DNA of 63,742 bases, the filler included, from Asterionella formosa (taxonomy: Eukaryota), in assembly GCA_002256025.1 (NCBI GenBank). It is 3 parts of 3 records of this genome, joined end to end, with 100 filler letters (N's around TTAATTAATTAA, not from the genome) between each part and the next. Parts side by side here need not be neighbours in the genome. Positions count along the whole stretch, not along the records: positions 1 to 30,831 come from NKIB01000801.1; 2 more parts are not named here. The stretch is one strand, 5' to 3'. The translations under genes were made by a program, and so were the position numbers. The notes beneath the pieces are model-generated. The model searched no databases. It was not told where the DNA came from and was given only the letters and a program-made list of their open reading frames with translations. How positions within the stretch are numbered: position 1 is the stretch's first letter; every line of letters begins with the position of its first letter. This document shows positions 1 to 13,898 of the stretch, one piece after another.

Positions 1-2699
1 TAGAATTAGTCGGAAAACAATATAATAATGTGGCTCAAAGCAATTTACTGGTACCAGGTACCGGTAATGATGCAGCGATGCCATGACATGAGGTGGAGAA
101 GATCAGCCAAACAAATACTACAACAGACCATCAGCCAAACAAGAACACTGCTCCAAACTCCTGTGAATTGCCTTTCAACCATGCTTTTGATGCGGCAGCT
201 GATGCTCACCCTCTACTTCACAAAATCTTTGCTCCACCCTCTGAGAGTAGCGGTTCTTTTCTTCCATTAACAATGACAAAGTAACTTCTACTTTCCAGAT
301 GATACCATGACAACATGATGCATGGCAACGCTGCAGTACCAGTTGCAACTGTGACAGCGCCACTACCTGACCCTTTGGTCACTCTTATTACATGACAAGA
401 TATGATGGGAGGACCACCAACCAGTCGAAGAACGATGCAATGACAATGACTACTGCGAAAAAATACGAGGAGTTTTTGATGGAACTGACAAGATAAAATG
501 GGAACACTACCAGTATAAGAACGATGCAACGACAACGTAATATTTTCTAACGGTCGCCTATAAAAATAACTTCATGTATGATAAAATTTTAATCAATGAC
601 TTTGAGCCACTTCGACCGGTTTTGTCACTTTTAAAATGGATAGATGTTCAAGTAAAAAACTGATTTAATTCTCATGTAGCTTAATGAATTAGCTAATATC
701 GTGCCAAAGGGCGAAAGAGGGGATCGATTTTAGCATAATTCTAGAATGAGTCAGAAAATGACATAATAACGTGGCTCAAAGCCATTTATAACTGGCACCA
801 TACGGTACAACAGGTTTTTATCTTACTCATACATAATACATAGTACCGAGTAGTTCTGTATAATATGTCATATAAAATACTGAGCGTTTTCATTTCTGAA
901 CAACTCCTGTCAAAATGCCTCGTCTTAACGTGGCATTAGGGCAATAAAACATGAGAAGCCGAAATGCATAATACGAACTGGTTTCAAGAAATACGTATGC
1001 GCGGCATGTGACACATATGTACGTGTTACGAACTCAAATTTCAATAATTAATCGACCAATTACGTGCTTGCTTATCGTCAGTTCGTATTGGCCTTGCTCC
1101 TTGTGTCGCATCGGTTCGCATTGTGAGTCATTCGATAGCCCAAAGATTTTATATATACCACATGAAATTGATTCATGACATCATGTTTACAGCAATCGAA
1201 CTTCGGTTTCAAAGTATCCAGCTTCTAGCGTCCCATTGACTAGATTAACGATACTGGTAATTCATCAAAATAGCTGTCCAAATGTACGGTTCTGGAATGA
1301 AGCGATCGTTGCCTTGCCTTGAGCTGACGTCCATGGAAGACATCGATTCGAATCCGCTTCTGCAAATAGTCAACTCTCGATGGAATTTGGGAGAGGACAA
1401 CGACTCTGCCCTCGTGGAGGCTTCTTCTCTTTCAAAGAAGCAGCGCCTATTACCGTCAAATGCTTGCCCGGCCTCCTCTGCTCTCGAGTCATTCTTGCGT
1501 TTTGCCGTTGACGACTTGACACCTTTGTCGGGCCTTCTCCACGGTGATGTCTGGGCACCGCCTTCACAGAGACAGACAAAAACTTGTTCCCTGGTCTTTC
1601 GCAAGCTGGAACATCATGCTGTGATGCCTTCCATACATGATGTCACCTGAGGAATGGCTAGAATCTCAGCATCCAACTGAAGTAACTTCTTTTCGTTTTT
1701 CCATATCGAGCAGTGTTGTTCATTCCAAGTGTGAGGTGATTCCATTTGTAAATATCCAAAGGAATCATCAAACGTTCTAAAGACGCAACATCGTCCTTAG
1801 AATATCTTACAATGTCTATATCCAGAGTCGACTGGCACTGCTCCTGTACATATTTATCTATCAATGAGCCTTGTCAAGTGCACAACCAGACCACCCTTCT
1901 TGTTTATAAAGCTTTATTGCGTCTCCCTCCCCAAAACTCCACTCCTTTTTGTGGTTTAAAGTCTATTGTACATATGTAATATATATATTTAAGGCAAGAT
2001 CTACCATAGGCAAAATTGAATCTTATCCAATCATATTGATAGCAGTTGTAATGTTGTTTTACCTGAAACCAGCAAGTTGTGGTAAATTTGTTGACTTAAT
2101 GATTTGGACATCCCAGACATTCATGCCTGCTGATCCAATACTTAGATAAATATGCTGGCCAGATTGGACAATGGTTAACTTTCATTCATGACTTGATCAT
2201 TTTTGAATATGTTTTCCACTGGAACTGAATTTACTTGGAACTATTTTAGGATGAAACTCATTCCCCCAATCTCAACCCCCTCCCCAGATCCAATCCCCCA
2301 ATCAAAATAAGATTAAGCGTTTAACAGGAGAACAAGATTCCATTAGACCTACTATTACAAACAGCTAATTACTGTACATATGCAAAGACTATACATAAAT
2401 ATTTGGGATATATATACATGCATATATCAATATAGAGTGGTATATCTGTGTATGTTCCTGGAACCTGTTTACCAGTACTAGTACCAGCCTGATAGTAGTA
2501 ACCATGTCATGAAAATGATGATACACCTATTGTAAACAGATTCATCTTGATTTATAAATAAATTGTTGTTTTCAGGTGATGATGTTGTAGTTTATGGCTA
2601 CTACTTCATGCATGATGTTTGGGTCTGTATGAACAATGTGGGTTTGACCCAGCAATAGAAATAGATCATGGCGATATTGTTGCTGCTGTGGAGCGCCAC

Positions 2700-3260
2700 T
2701 TTGTTTCTTCCAATTTCCTAATTTGGCTATTTTGCAATGAATATCAAAGCTATAAACATGACCAACCCCACCATGTTAAATTTCACCAAGATATGGACGT
2801 TTCTTGCAAACACTTACCTTGGGAAGCTAAACTCAACTTTGATTTAGACACCAGACTGGCAGCACTGGCCAAAACCTGTCCTTCAACTTGAAAGATTCTC
2901 ACCCTCACTCACTCATACTCCCCACCTTTGGGCCATGACACTACCCTGATTCTGGGCGAGCATGGGATTCTTACTAGTCACGTCCCCAAGTCAATTAAGG
3001 AGGCAAGTTACCGGGATCAGGTTCGGGAGTACATTCTCCCTAGGCATGAATGGGATCCAAAGAGGTCTACGAGATGGTTGATTGGCCAACTCACTCCCAT
3101 GCCTGGTACAAGATTCCTACCGATCAACAGATCACAATTTTCAAAGTGGAATTCGACTTAGTTGCGGCTATGAAATGCTGTACACGTTATGAAAAAGCGA
3201 AAATAATGGGCAGTGCCTGCGCTGGGGAAGATTCAATGAATATTTTCCACAGCAACGTGT
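2700..3260 (+). mobile_element. Decayed non-LTR retrotransposon fragment (RNase H C-terminal region and downstream)
   Basis: Broken frames read HHVKFHQD...LPWEAKLNFDLDTRLA, resembling the RNase H HVKGHQD...N..D.LA motif of diatom LINE-like elements, then TSHVPKSIKEASYRDQVREYI. Multiple frameshifts. Confidence 0.55.
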
Positions 3261-3559
3261 AGTTCATTGTCTTCACATGGTCTAAGAATGCCAAAAATCA
3301 TGCCGAGAGTTTCGGGATTCAGTTTGTAGCCAGCCACTTCATATGTCTTTTGTTTTCAACATGTTTAGCCAAGGGGATGGAGTTATGGTTTGAAGGTCAG
3401 AATGTCACATGGCCAGGCAGCATTCCACATCCAGAGGATGAGGTGGGCCGGGACAACGCACCACGCACATCACCTACCCCAACCTTTGCTTTTTGTTTGC
3501 TTGGCACCGCTATCAAACTTGACAAATGGCAAAATTGCGGGCTATAAGGACTTATTGAC

Positions 3560-3930
3560 TTGCAGCATTACTCACCTTTGGGCCAGCACTGTCAATGGTT
3601 TGGAGACTGACCGTTTACTTCAGGGCATGTTGGGACGCTTCATGATTTAGGATTTACTGGATATTTATCTTGAAAGTCAACTTGACCCTGCCGAATACGA
3701 ATACATACACATCCCTACATGGATGACTCTTTCTCACATCCAAACCCTCTACAAGCAATTTACCTGCCAAAATCATAGATTGTCACATTTATGCGGAAAT
3801 CCGCCACAGAATGTACCGGCTGCCTCAGGCTGGAAAACTTACAAATGAACAACTTGAACAGTTTTTGCTGCCTCACCAATACATCCCCTGCCCTGTTACC
3901 CCTGGACTATGGAGGGATACCACCGGTGAT
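3560..3930 (+). mobile_element. Decayed Ty1/copia (CoDi-like) reverse transcriptase fragment
   Basis: MYRLPQAGKLTNEQLEQFLLPHQYIPCPVTPGLWRD matches the copia RT motif GMYGLPQAG.LAN.QL...L...GY.....TPGLW. Upstream YEYIHIP remnant. Confidence 0.75.
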
Positions 3931-4954
3931 TTAAAGGTTCACTCATGTTCCAATTATCCAAGGAGCCAGTATCACATTTGTTCCTTTCGGCCATAGCTGC
4001 AATATTTCCAATGTCTTAAATTGATTCCCAAGCTGCACTACGTTCTGTTGATTGTTGCTTCCATTAGCCTTCTCTGAAACTCAATACAATTTTTAATTTG
4101 CTCCTACACATTGTTAAACAAAAAGCGCACTATCGGATTTGCTTGTCCAGTCAAAGCAGCTACTGAATTATTTCCAAACCAGCGTTTGAATCATATCATC
4201 GAAATCATTCACATCAACAACAACTTGCAGTGCAATTACCATACTCCAATGCCACACCACACGCAACGCAATTGACGAGGCAGGTTGATTGTCATATCAG
4301 CTTATCTTTTCTGGATTGATCCCTACAGTTGAAAATCACTTTCACTGCATACCTGAAAATTTCCCATCATGATTTTGATATTGATTGCGCTTTTCTTGAA
4401 TCCAGCAATCCAGTTCATCTTTCTCCTTCTCCCACAATATGCTGACATCACACTACACCAAGAATGCAACCAAAGTTTACAATCACATCATGGATGCTCC
4501 TACACAACCACCACGCACACCAAGTCACAGTTCCTCCAGCACCCCCATATCCTTCTGACTCGACTAATTCATCAGTTGCTGCTCCTCCAGGCCCGATTTG
4601 AACATTTCAGAAATTCCATTTCAACAACATTAAAAAAGTGTAAGTTGAAAATTGTAAATGAACATGCATTGACAATTTTTCACAAGAATTTTCCACTAAC
4701 TCAATTTCTTTTTCACTATTTATTCTACTCCGTGCTTGTCTTTGTCACTTCTTGCCTTTCTGTTTCATGCTTTGGTTGCTTGAAAACGTCATGTCGAATT
4801 TTTCGACGTTTGGTTACTATCATTCTTGTGTGATCATTTTTTGTTCATATTTGGGCTCCATGCATTTTTGATTTGGTTGAGGATGGATATCATACCATCG
4901 ATTTTTAAACTTTCCCATGAAAATTCTACTCTTGGCATTGCTTGAAGGTCCCTG

Positions 4955-5025
4955 CTCAAACCTAAAATTGGACTGCCAAAAAATCCACTGTGCCCCTATA
5001 TTACCCCTAAATAAAAATTACTTAG
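4955..5025 (-). repeat. Dispersed repeat (probable DNA transposon end), reverse copy of 47437-47505
   Basis: Reverse complement aagtaatttttatttaggggtaatataggggcacagtggattttttggca aligns with aagtaattttcatttaggggcaatatggggcacatcgatattttcggca at 47437. Confidence 0.65.
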
Positions 5026-5544
5026 ATATACCAAAAATTACTTATACACCCACAATTCTCATCAAAAGGCAAGACGATAGCTAGGGTGGGGATTGCCAGC
5101 ATAGTAGCCACCACCAGATCTGGTACATACCAGTGTTGCAATAATCGTACACAGACAGCAGCCACAGAGAAGTCATAATATTTTAGCTCACCTCTGTTCA
5201 TGATAAGGTTCCCCTCAACACCCATGTATGAATTGTTTGCTTGGTCTCATCCTCAATTGTGAGATGACTAATTTGAACCAACTGTACTACAGGTGTAAGA
5301 ACATACTTCTGTAAGTCAACCAAATGTCTGGAGTCATGATTGAGCATTGCTGGAGCAAAAGCTCAGGTCGGCTACTTAAGCCGAATGCGCCGGTCGAAAT
5401 TATGCACATCCAGTGCTGCCCACTTTCTTGTCAGGCACTCGCGAATTTACGGTTCTCAGGTTGCAATGATCCATTGCAGTCCTGACGTTTCTTTGTGGTT
5501 TCTCAAACTTGGTTCTTTCTTTTCCATCCCACCCTCCCTACAAG

Positions 5545-5660
5545 TCCGAGTTTTCGAGCCTCAAAGGCGCGACTACGTAGAATTTTAGGCTGCCTTTGAT
5601 ACTGGCGATACTAAACTAAAGTTTCGTTTCTCTCCCATACTCAGATATAGCTTTTATCCA
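5545..5660 (-). repeat. Dispersed ~120-bp repeat, reverse copy of 18722-18842
   Basis: Shared blocks gata.aagctata, atgggaga, ctttag.ttagta, caaaggcag, gcgcctttgag.ctc.aaaactcg. Confidence 0.7.
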
Positions 5661-6024
5661 CTCTTATTAGGCAATTTCTACTAGTCTAGTACAAATTACC
5701 GTACTGCTGTAAACTTTTGTCCCGCGTGCACAAAGCGTGAGGATTGACGACAATGCATGTTCCCATGAATTCAAGCAAATGGTATCAAAGAAAGACAGAT
5801 AAGCCCACAATTCTGTAAAAGAAAATGTATATATACATACATATGTATATTTATGCAATTATTAAAATGAAAGGCACGGTACAGTAGTACTGTAGATGAA
5901 AAAAACTCAATTAGGCTATGTATTATCGAGTGCACAGATACAACATCAACAACTACAAACAACAAACAACAGGTCCAAACTAGATACCAATCAACTCTGG
6001 AATCGTCCAGAATCCACATTTAAA

Positions 6025-6944
6025 ATGGCGAATTTGTTCCTTTCCCTTTTCGTATGCTTCGCCAGCACAACAGCGCATGCCTTTACGAGACAATTCCAAA
6101 ATTTAAAAGTAACAAAATCAGTTCTACACGCAGCTACGGACTCTGGCAATCCGAAGAGCGACAACAAGGCCATGAGCTTCCTTCGCAAGATTGGAAAAGT
6201 GGGCACAGTCACAGACTTTAAGCATATTATGGGCGTCGACGAAGGACCAGCTGGAAAATCGGGTGGTGCAAAGCCACTTGTCAAGTCGAGATCGTCGTAT
6301 AAATCTTGTGTCGAATCCGGTGTGATTGACGACATGTCAGAATCCTTCCCATTGACGTCGGCGGGGACTACATGGACCGGCTTTACTGATCGGGTCATGG
6401 GTGGTATGTCAAGTGGGAGTGTTACAAGAGAAACAAATGTGGATGGTAAAGTAGCAAATGTACTCAGAGGCACTGTGAGTTTGGCAAACAACGGGGGCTT
6501 TGTGCAAATGGCGACTGATTTGGCGAATGATCCCTCAATTTGTCGAACGGTGGATGCATCCGAATATGATGGCATTGAATTGGATATAAAGTTCGAAGGA
6601 ACTCCTGAGAAAGACTTTTTCAACGTTCAGTAAGTAATATTTTGCAGGCGCGATTTACTTACACTCATGATGCCAATGTACCTCTAATCAATTTGACCCG
6701 AAACAGTCTGAAAAATGCAGCATGTAGTCTTCAGTTTTCTTCTTATCGAGGGACCTTTGAGATATCACGAGGAACTTGGCAGACTGTGCGACTCCCATGG
6801 TCAATTTTTCAAGGATATGGAGCAGGAACAGAGGGAGTGGAATTCGATCCTTCGTCACTACGACGCCTAGGAGTTGTGGCCATCGGTCGAGCAATGGAAG
6901 TAAATCTCGCTCTTGGAGGTGTTCGATTTTACTCTGTGTTTTGA
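6025..6944 (+). CDS. CIA30 (complex I intermediate-associated protein 30) domain protein, likely plastid-targeted; exons 6025-6629, 6707-6944
   Basis: WTGFTDRVMGGMSSG, LRGTVSLANNGGFVQM and WQTVRLPWSIF are CIA30 motifs. GTAAGT...AACAG intron 6630-6706 joins FNVH-LKN. Signal peptide ends AHA-FT (ASAFAP-like). Confidence 0.88.
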
Positions 6945-7056
6945 CAAAAGTTAGGTATGCTATCAAAACAACGGAATTGGTAAAACTACACACTCAAACT
7001 GAAATAGAATCAAGTCAATTTTACTTTTGTCGTCCTAATGTTAGTTTCGCTCTTCA

Positions 7057-10002
7057 TTATTTACTCTCGCCATCAACTTGATAATCTGGATTGTCCCTCA
7101 AAATGACGATACCCTCCAATATACTCCCCACGGCAAGAACTTCTTCAGTGCCGAGCTCGGCTCGCTCCTTCGCTTGCAACAAAACTGGGGTTTGATGTGT
7201 TTGAAAGCCAGTAATACGCTTGGGTTTTCCAGCTTGACCAACAGTCTCAACGGCTTGACCTACTCGGACTGTCACTGGTCGCCAAGACATGTCTTCCGAA
7301 ACTGTCACCAACATTCTTGGATTCATGGCGCAGGTCAAATAATACAACAGGTAGTGGGACTTGTCGAGAATGGTATTCTTCAAATCCATACAACAATGGA
7401 TAAGAACCATGACACCACCGAGAGCAGGTCCGCTCATTAGCATGCGATCAGAATGAAAGGGGTTGAGGGTGACGAGACCCTTGCCCATATGCAAGAGACC
7501 CTGGGATATTCTTACGCAAAACACGTGGCCAGCTTCCTTGCTATAAAATTCGCTGAGTTGACGGAGAAGCCCAGCGACACGAGAATTATTCGTTCCTGCA
7601 CTTACAATACCCATTCCCAAAATTGCATTTTGGGATATTTCTGTGTCAGGATCATGGGTTAAACGAGACAGCTGGTCAATAACAGTGAAGTCAGGGTTTG
7701 AAATGTGCAAGATAGCAAGGGCAAGAGGGACAGCGCGCTTAATAGGGAGTTCACAATAATGAAGCAAATGATCGAAAGATCTGAGGGCCATCTCAGCACC
7801 CACTTCCTCCCCGATTGTAATAAGTCCAATTCCAATAACTGCAGCCATTTGATGATCAGCGTCTTCTGTGAGATGTTCAGAACACACATGGAGCAATTCT
7901 TGAATCTTCAAGACGTTCCCGCTGCCGGCATAGGCGCAAGTTTCAAGAACTATAACCGCAAACTTGGAAAGCTTGTGCTCAATCGTTCGTAAAGCTTCGA
8001 GCATGGCATCGGCTTTCTCCATCTGGCCAAGGAATAGCAGACCCAATCCAAGGCAAAGGAATTTGGAATGTGTATGGTTGAGCTCTTCTTCCGTTGCTTC
8101 CATGAGACGCTGAACGATGGTTCCACCAACAGTATCGTCACACTTTCCAACAAAGACGAGACCTAGAGCAAGTCCAGCAAGGGAAACTTCGACAATTTGT
8201 GTTGGATCTCCTTCCGATTGCTCAATGACAGGTACCAATAGCTCCGAAACATCCTCCCTGGCACTTCCGGCGTATGCAATTCCTATACCAGTACAAGCTG
8301 AACATTTCATAATATGAATGTCGCCTTCAATATGTTCTGTAAGCAGGGCAAGAGCCGGATCAGCATCATTGCGAACTCCGCTACTAAGAATACCAACAGC
8401 AAGTGCCGCACCAGCTTTGACATAGTCTTCTGATGAGTAGAGAAATTTGTCGATTTGCGTTAAGCCTTCTTCGACATTCCAAAGCAAGATAGACCCAAGC
8501 GAAGCAGCAGCAGCCATCATACCGTGATCCTTATTTTTGTAGAGCCATTCGTTATCAGGTGTCATGAGCTTGTCTTGTCCAAAGCCGGCATTAACAAATG
8601 CATTGACGTAGGTGCTTGCTAGGTTGGCCCTGGCAGAGTCAACCTGAGCACCTCCAGTTTCCCGTCGACGACTGAAACCGCCAGTCTCTGCCAAATGCGA
8701 CTTGTAAATATCTTCTGGTGTTTTAGCATCCGTGACATCCAAATCCTGGGCCAGTTTCAAGAATGTTTCGCTAAGTTTTTCATTTCCAATTAAGGGGTTG
8801 AATTCGTCGTCGTCATCATCTTCTACTTCATAGCTGACTCGATGACGACCAAGGAGAAGGCACATCTGTTTTTTCATTAACACATCTTCCACTTCGGTCA
8901 TTAGCAGAGGAACAGCCTCGTGTTTCGACATTTTCAGGGCAACTCGCAAAGCATCGTAAAATTGTTGCTGCTGTCTGTATATTTCGTATGCTGTCTCTAA
9001 CATTTCCTGTAAGACTCCCAAGGGTGAGAAATGACTAATTGAAAGTATCTCTGGTTATTACAATACAAGAAACATACATACCGTGTAGTCGTCAGGGTCC
9101 GACATGTAGTCTGCCGTCTTGGCAAGGTACATGCAGATCCGCGAGTAGTTGTGTTCATTCACGGCATCAACCTCGAGTAATATCTTGAGGCGTTGCACTT
9201 CAATAAGCAAGTCCACGGCCTCAGCTTCTGCATTATGTGTAACATGGAAAGGAACAATAACGTTGACCATCCCAAGTATATCTTGAAATGGCCCATCAGT
9301 GTCTGGGTCGGCTCCATCAAGGACACGAGCATTGTATTCTTGACCAATTTCTCCCGCCAGACTGCGCACGAATTCATGACCCCAAGATCCCAAATTGTCC
9401 GCTGAATGTTTGGAAGGTGAACCCCTAGCAGCCAACATATCGTAATCCTTCATTCCCGATAGCTTGAACTTGAGAGATTCCCTCTCCTCTGGATTGTTTT
9501 GAGGAAGACGCAGTCAGCGCCAAGCTGAATTGACGCCAGTAGGTTATTGGTTTCAAACTAAAGTGTACTTACCATGTTTTCCCATAGTCATCGCCAGCAC
9601 AGACAGCACATCCGCAAGTCTTGCTCGCAACTCCAATGTCTCGTTTTCTACCGTTTCCTTGATGGAATTGTGTACGCCCTTGATAATCGAGAAGTGAGGT
9701 CTGAGAAACTTCAAAGGTTTTGGAACAGAAGTCATGCTGGCAGTCGCTGTCCGCAATTCCGTAACGATTATGTCCAAAGCTTGCTGTCTGATCGGAACGG
9801 TGACCTTGGCTTCATTGCTTTCATTGGCCAGAGTCGCGACGCAATCTTCGAGACGTTGCTTGAGGTCTTGGTCTTCCTCCGATAAAGTATCTTCCACCAC
9901 TTCATCGCCCTTCTTACCGCCCTTTTTCTTGTTGGCGTCGGCGTCCTTCCCCTTATCTGTCTCGGCCGTCAAATCGACAGCGTCCTTATCGATTGGAGCC
10001 AT
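7057..10002 (-). CDS. RPN1: 26S proteasome regulatory subunit RPN1/PSMD2; exons 10002-9573, 9488-9082, 9006-7057
   Basis: SMTSVPKPLKFLRPH, WGHEFVRSLAGEI, VDSARANLASTYVNAFVNAGFGQDKL and VRVGQAVETVGQAGKPKRITGFQTH. Two GT-AG introns (9489-9572, 9007-9081) restore the frame. Confidence 0.97.
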
Positions 10003-10242
10003 GCTTTCTTTCTATCTGTAGTCGTTCTTGTAACTTGGCTAGGCTGCTGAATGTCCGATCCTTGACATGATCAGTACATCGTATGGTTTTAATCTCGGCT
10101 GGCCGATGCTACCAGTTGCCCGCGCCGAGCGATCGCATTCGAAGTGAAACGAAGTTCGTGGTCTGGCGTGCGTACGTTCAATATTTCTTCATTTCATGTA
10201 TGTACCAGGGGTAACAGGTTGTGTGTGTAGCAGTGCCTTGCT

Positions 10243-10303
10243 TTGCTGTGCTGTGCTGTGCTGTGCTGTGGTACCTGGTACCAGGTACCAGGTACCAGGA
10301 ACC
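10243..10303. repeat. (GCTGT)n microsatellite followed by a GGTACCA heptamer cluster, upstream of RPN1
   Basis: gctgtgctgtgctgtgctgtgctgtg directly followed by gtacctggtaccaggtaccaggtaccagg. Confidence 0.85.
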
Positions 10304-10609
10304 AGCATACCGGTAGTGTAAAACGAGTACAGGCGATAAAATATATGGAATCCAACGAGTCGAGGATCTATATTTTTAGTGATTAGAAACCAAGACATAT
10401 GACACTTTTTGACAAATGAATTGAAATGCTTACTAATTGACAAATGAATATGATGCTCACTTATTTTCAAATGAACATGCAATGCTTACTATTTGTAAAA
10501 TTAATATCCTTACTTATTGTCAAAGCAAGCAAGATCAAGGAAAGTGTGAGATGTCTTGTTCAGGATTGCATGAGTGATCAGGCAAGAACAAGATTTGATA
10601 GACTATTAA

Positions 10610-11675
10610 GGTTCCTGCATTTCAACCCTATTTTATAGGTAGGGTTAAAAATATAATATTGAGTCAGAGAACTCAAACACACACTTCGTACGAATAAAAC
10701 ATAAATGTGAATCGCTAAACGGAGCTTTCACCAAAATACACCCTTTCCATATGCTTAGATACAGTCATTGAACAAAGTAGCTAGGAGTATAGGGCAACGC
10801 TATATATCTTCAGGATATAGGATCTGGCGAGAAACTGCAGAGAGTAACTTCGGTTTTTTTACTATGCTATAAAGACTGGAAATTTCGGGGGAAATCACTT
10901 TTTTGGCATAGTAAAAAAACCGAAGTTCCTTTCTGCAGTTTCTCGCCAGAAGTTATATACTGATGCTATTTGAAGGTAACCTATGGCTTCAGACCCAGCC
11001 AAAGTTGAGCTATCTTTGTCCAAAAATTCGACAAAATCGGCCTTTTCTACGGTCTCCAAAAAATCGGAATCAGAACCACTTAGCGCCGAAACGTCATCAT
11101 TGGAATGGTAGTCTTGTGATGCAATATTTAGTCGTAAAATTTCCTGTACCAAAAATTCCATTGTAAGTGCGCGCAGTATTATATATGTACTGATTGGCTA
11201 TTGCGAAATACTTACTTCTGTTTGATTGTGCGAGGAATTGCAAACCCACACCGGCCACATTGGATACACATGTAACATTTCCTTGGGTGTACCAGTAGTA
11301 GGCCGGTACCAGGGATTATATCTAGTGCGGTTACCAGGTACCAGGTACCAGTATATGATCATCATTGGACATCATACGTGTGGTACCTGGTACCACTCGT
11401 GGAATTGCACTTTCAAATATTTGCCAAGCCGCCGGGTTGTATATAAGAAAAATAATCGTTGGTACATATACATACAGTGAAGCACAATTTCTATATATAT
11501 ATTTAACTATTTCAAAAAGGAATCTATGTATGTACGGGCAAATTTCCACTGATTTGAATATTTCAAACAGAATCATGTCATTCAAAAATAGGTCATTTAA
11601 ATTCTTAGTTCCAGGGAATTTCGGCAACCCTAAGCAATATTTTAATTTTTGCCTTAGGGTTGAAATGCAGGAACC
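10610..11675. mobile_element. Non-autonomous TIR DNA transposon, TTAA target site, GG termini (Kolobok-like)
   Basis: ttaa|GGTTCCTGCATTTCAACCCTA ... TAGGGTTGAAATGCAGGAACC|ttaa: perfect ~21-bp TIRs with TTAA on both sides. Internal ~50-bp-arm palindrome at 10823-10949. Confidence 0.85.
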
Positions 11676-12849
11676 TTAACAGATAGCTCACAATATTACA
11701 AAATGTAAAGTGAAAATAAGTTTTCAGCTTTAGTTACATATTGCAGCAGCTATATAGTAGTCATACCACATAGTGGTCAACCTAGATACTAATTGCCTGT
11801 ACTGACGCACGCAGCCAATAAAAGAAATTTCAAAAATGCTGCAAACCGCTACTAGGGGAACAGGAGAAAAACACGGTTTGACCCCACCAAATGCTGATAT
11901 GTTAATTCAAAAACTTTAATCCGAATCCTGAGCAATTACGCTTTCAGGATATATGTACAGGGTATACCATCATTCTTTGATATGAGTTTATGCCAATATA
12001 TTTGCTGAAAAGTTCTATCGACGAAAACATGGACAAAACACGGATTTACCTATTTTTTGAGGATTCATTGTTAAATGATATGAGCTGCAATATGCAGAAA
12101 ATATCGCATTCGATCTACCCATATTTGGTATTTGATTCATGTCATATCCCTATCTCTGTTACATGTTATTGCCTAAGTAACTTCAGTATTTATAAATGGG
12201 CATGCCAAGGCAGAATCCTCACTTAGTACCATTATTCCTCATACAGCCATTGGTAAGGAAATATGAATATATCGGTATAAATAGCTATCAACCTCACAAA
12301 ATGTTCCAACCAATGCCGAAGAAGAAATCTACTGTGCCTTTGGGTAAGCCAGCTCAATCTATGAGCAGCATAATAAACAAAAAACCAGGTTCATTGAACA
12401 TTGCCCATTGACCATCGCTACTAATATGGAAGTGTTGAAAGCAACAAATAATGGAAACTGCCATATGGCACAATTTCTCGTGCGGGGCACGAGATAAAAG
12501 AACTTGTAACATGGGTGACTACACAGAAATTGAAATACTTTCTAAGGAAAATGAGGTTATCTGGTAGCACCAGTACCACAGACAAACAACCTGCGGTTGT
12601 GCAGGAAAAATTAAAAAGCGAAATATCTATGCTGACAATGGAAGGTGTAGAAAATTACAGCTATAGCAGAAACAATCATGATTCTTCCATTGCTGCTACT
12701 ATGATTATGTCTACAAGTTCTAGTCTGCTGCCTCATGCCAGCACCACCACTTCTGCTGCATCAACTGAAAGCAGCACCACCATTTCTGCCACACAACTCT
12801 GCCCTAGTTGTATGGTGGTCTTCCAAAAAAGGGACGAGCAACCACAGTA

Positions 12850-13320
12850 GCCAGCTCCATCATGACCGAAAAGTAAAAGAATGTATTTCCAATTCAACAG
12901 CAGAATATATGAGGGTGAGAGAAAAAGAAAAAGGAGGAGGAGAATCACTGGTGAAGCCAAAGTCACTTACCTGTATAATATTGAGAGGAAAAACGGTGCA
13001 TATTATTCCTCCTGGCTGATGTCATTATTAATTTCGAAACAGTGAGAACACATGCAAAAAGAAAGAACAATCATGGAACAAACACAGCTCGCATCTCACC
13101 TATGCATGAAGTGGAACCTTACATCGTGGAGCTCATTGACCAGTTGGGTAAAATGCATTTGCCCATCACATGCCAAGAGGGACTACAACTTGCAAATTCA
13201 CTTGTAAATGGAAATTTGATAATGGAAAACATTCAAAGCTGGCGCCGTAAAAAATCATATTTCATTCAGGGATGAGCAGCAGTTAACAGACAAAGACTTG
13301 GGGAAGTGTTACTGGCAAGA
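12850..13320 (+). mobile_element. Decayed pogo/Tc5-like transposase N-terminal (HTH) fragment
   Basis: ISPMHEVEPYIVELIDQLGKMHLPITCQEGLQLANSLV...LGKCYWQ resembles a CENP-B/Tc5-type HTH region. Frameshifted. Confidence 0.4.
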
Positions 13321-13333
13321 TGGATGTTATGAA

Positions 13334-13420
13334 CAGATTTTGCACTTTCACAGTAGCTGTACAACGACTACAAAGACGACTAGAATAATAACACGATTAA
13401 TTCAAGCAAAATATGTTTAA
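13334..13420 (+). repeat. Dispersed ~85-bp repeat, also at 25312-25397
   Basis: cagattt.cactttcacagtagctg...ataac.gattaat..aagcaaaa.atgt occurs at both positions. Confidence 0.7.
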
Positions 13421-13898
13421 AAAAAGTATAAATCAACTGAGAATTGATTGCTTCTATCGATGCCGCAAAAATGCATTGTGACATGGGAATGATGGATGCG
13501 TGATGATGAAATTTCAAAATTGTTTGCATACCAGTAAGTAACAGTACAGTATTACCTTCATTAGTTGACAGTCAATAAAAACATGTGTAAATACTGTTCA
13601 TGTATAGTTCATAAAAGTCATATCGGGTCATTGTTATGATGATGCTGAAAAATTGTGAGATACCCGTAGAAGCAATACATCATGGTCATGTGCATTGGGT
13701 ATCCCAAGCACTTTAGTCCACTATTCTCAAAATGCATGTGTCGAGACGAGAGGCAAACCCAACAATGTCATTCTTTCTGCAGCAACCACTTGTTAGAACT
13801 AGCTAACTGGTACACTAGACCGGTCTACCAAAATGATATATAGATGTAGAAAGTGTCATGTTGCTTAATAATTTCATCTCGCGCATTCAACGTTAACT

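Noticed and set aside
1..800. ~55-bp direct repeat (1-56 vs 742-800) with an inverted tttgagccac at 601
   Set aside because: Real but short and cut by the window edge; element boundaries cannot be defined.
5991..6623. Long antisense ORFs over real genes (also within RPN1, LENG8-like, cyclin, PheRS beta)
   Set aside because: Shadow frames of the coding strand with no domain features.
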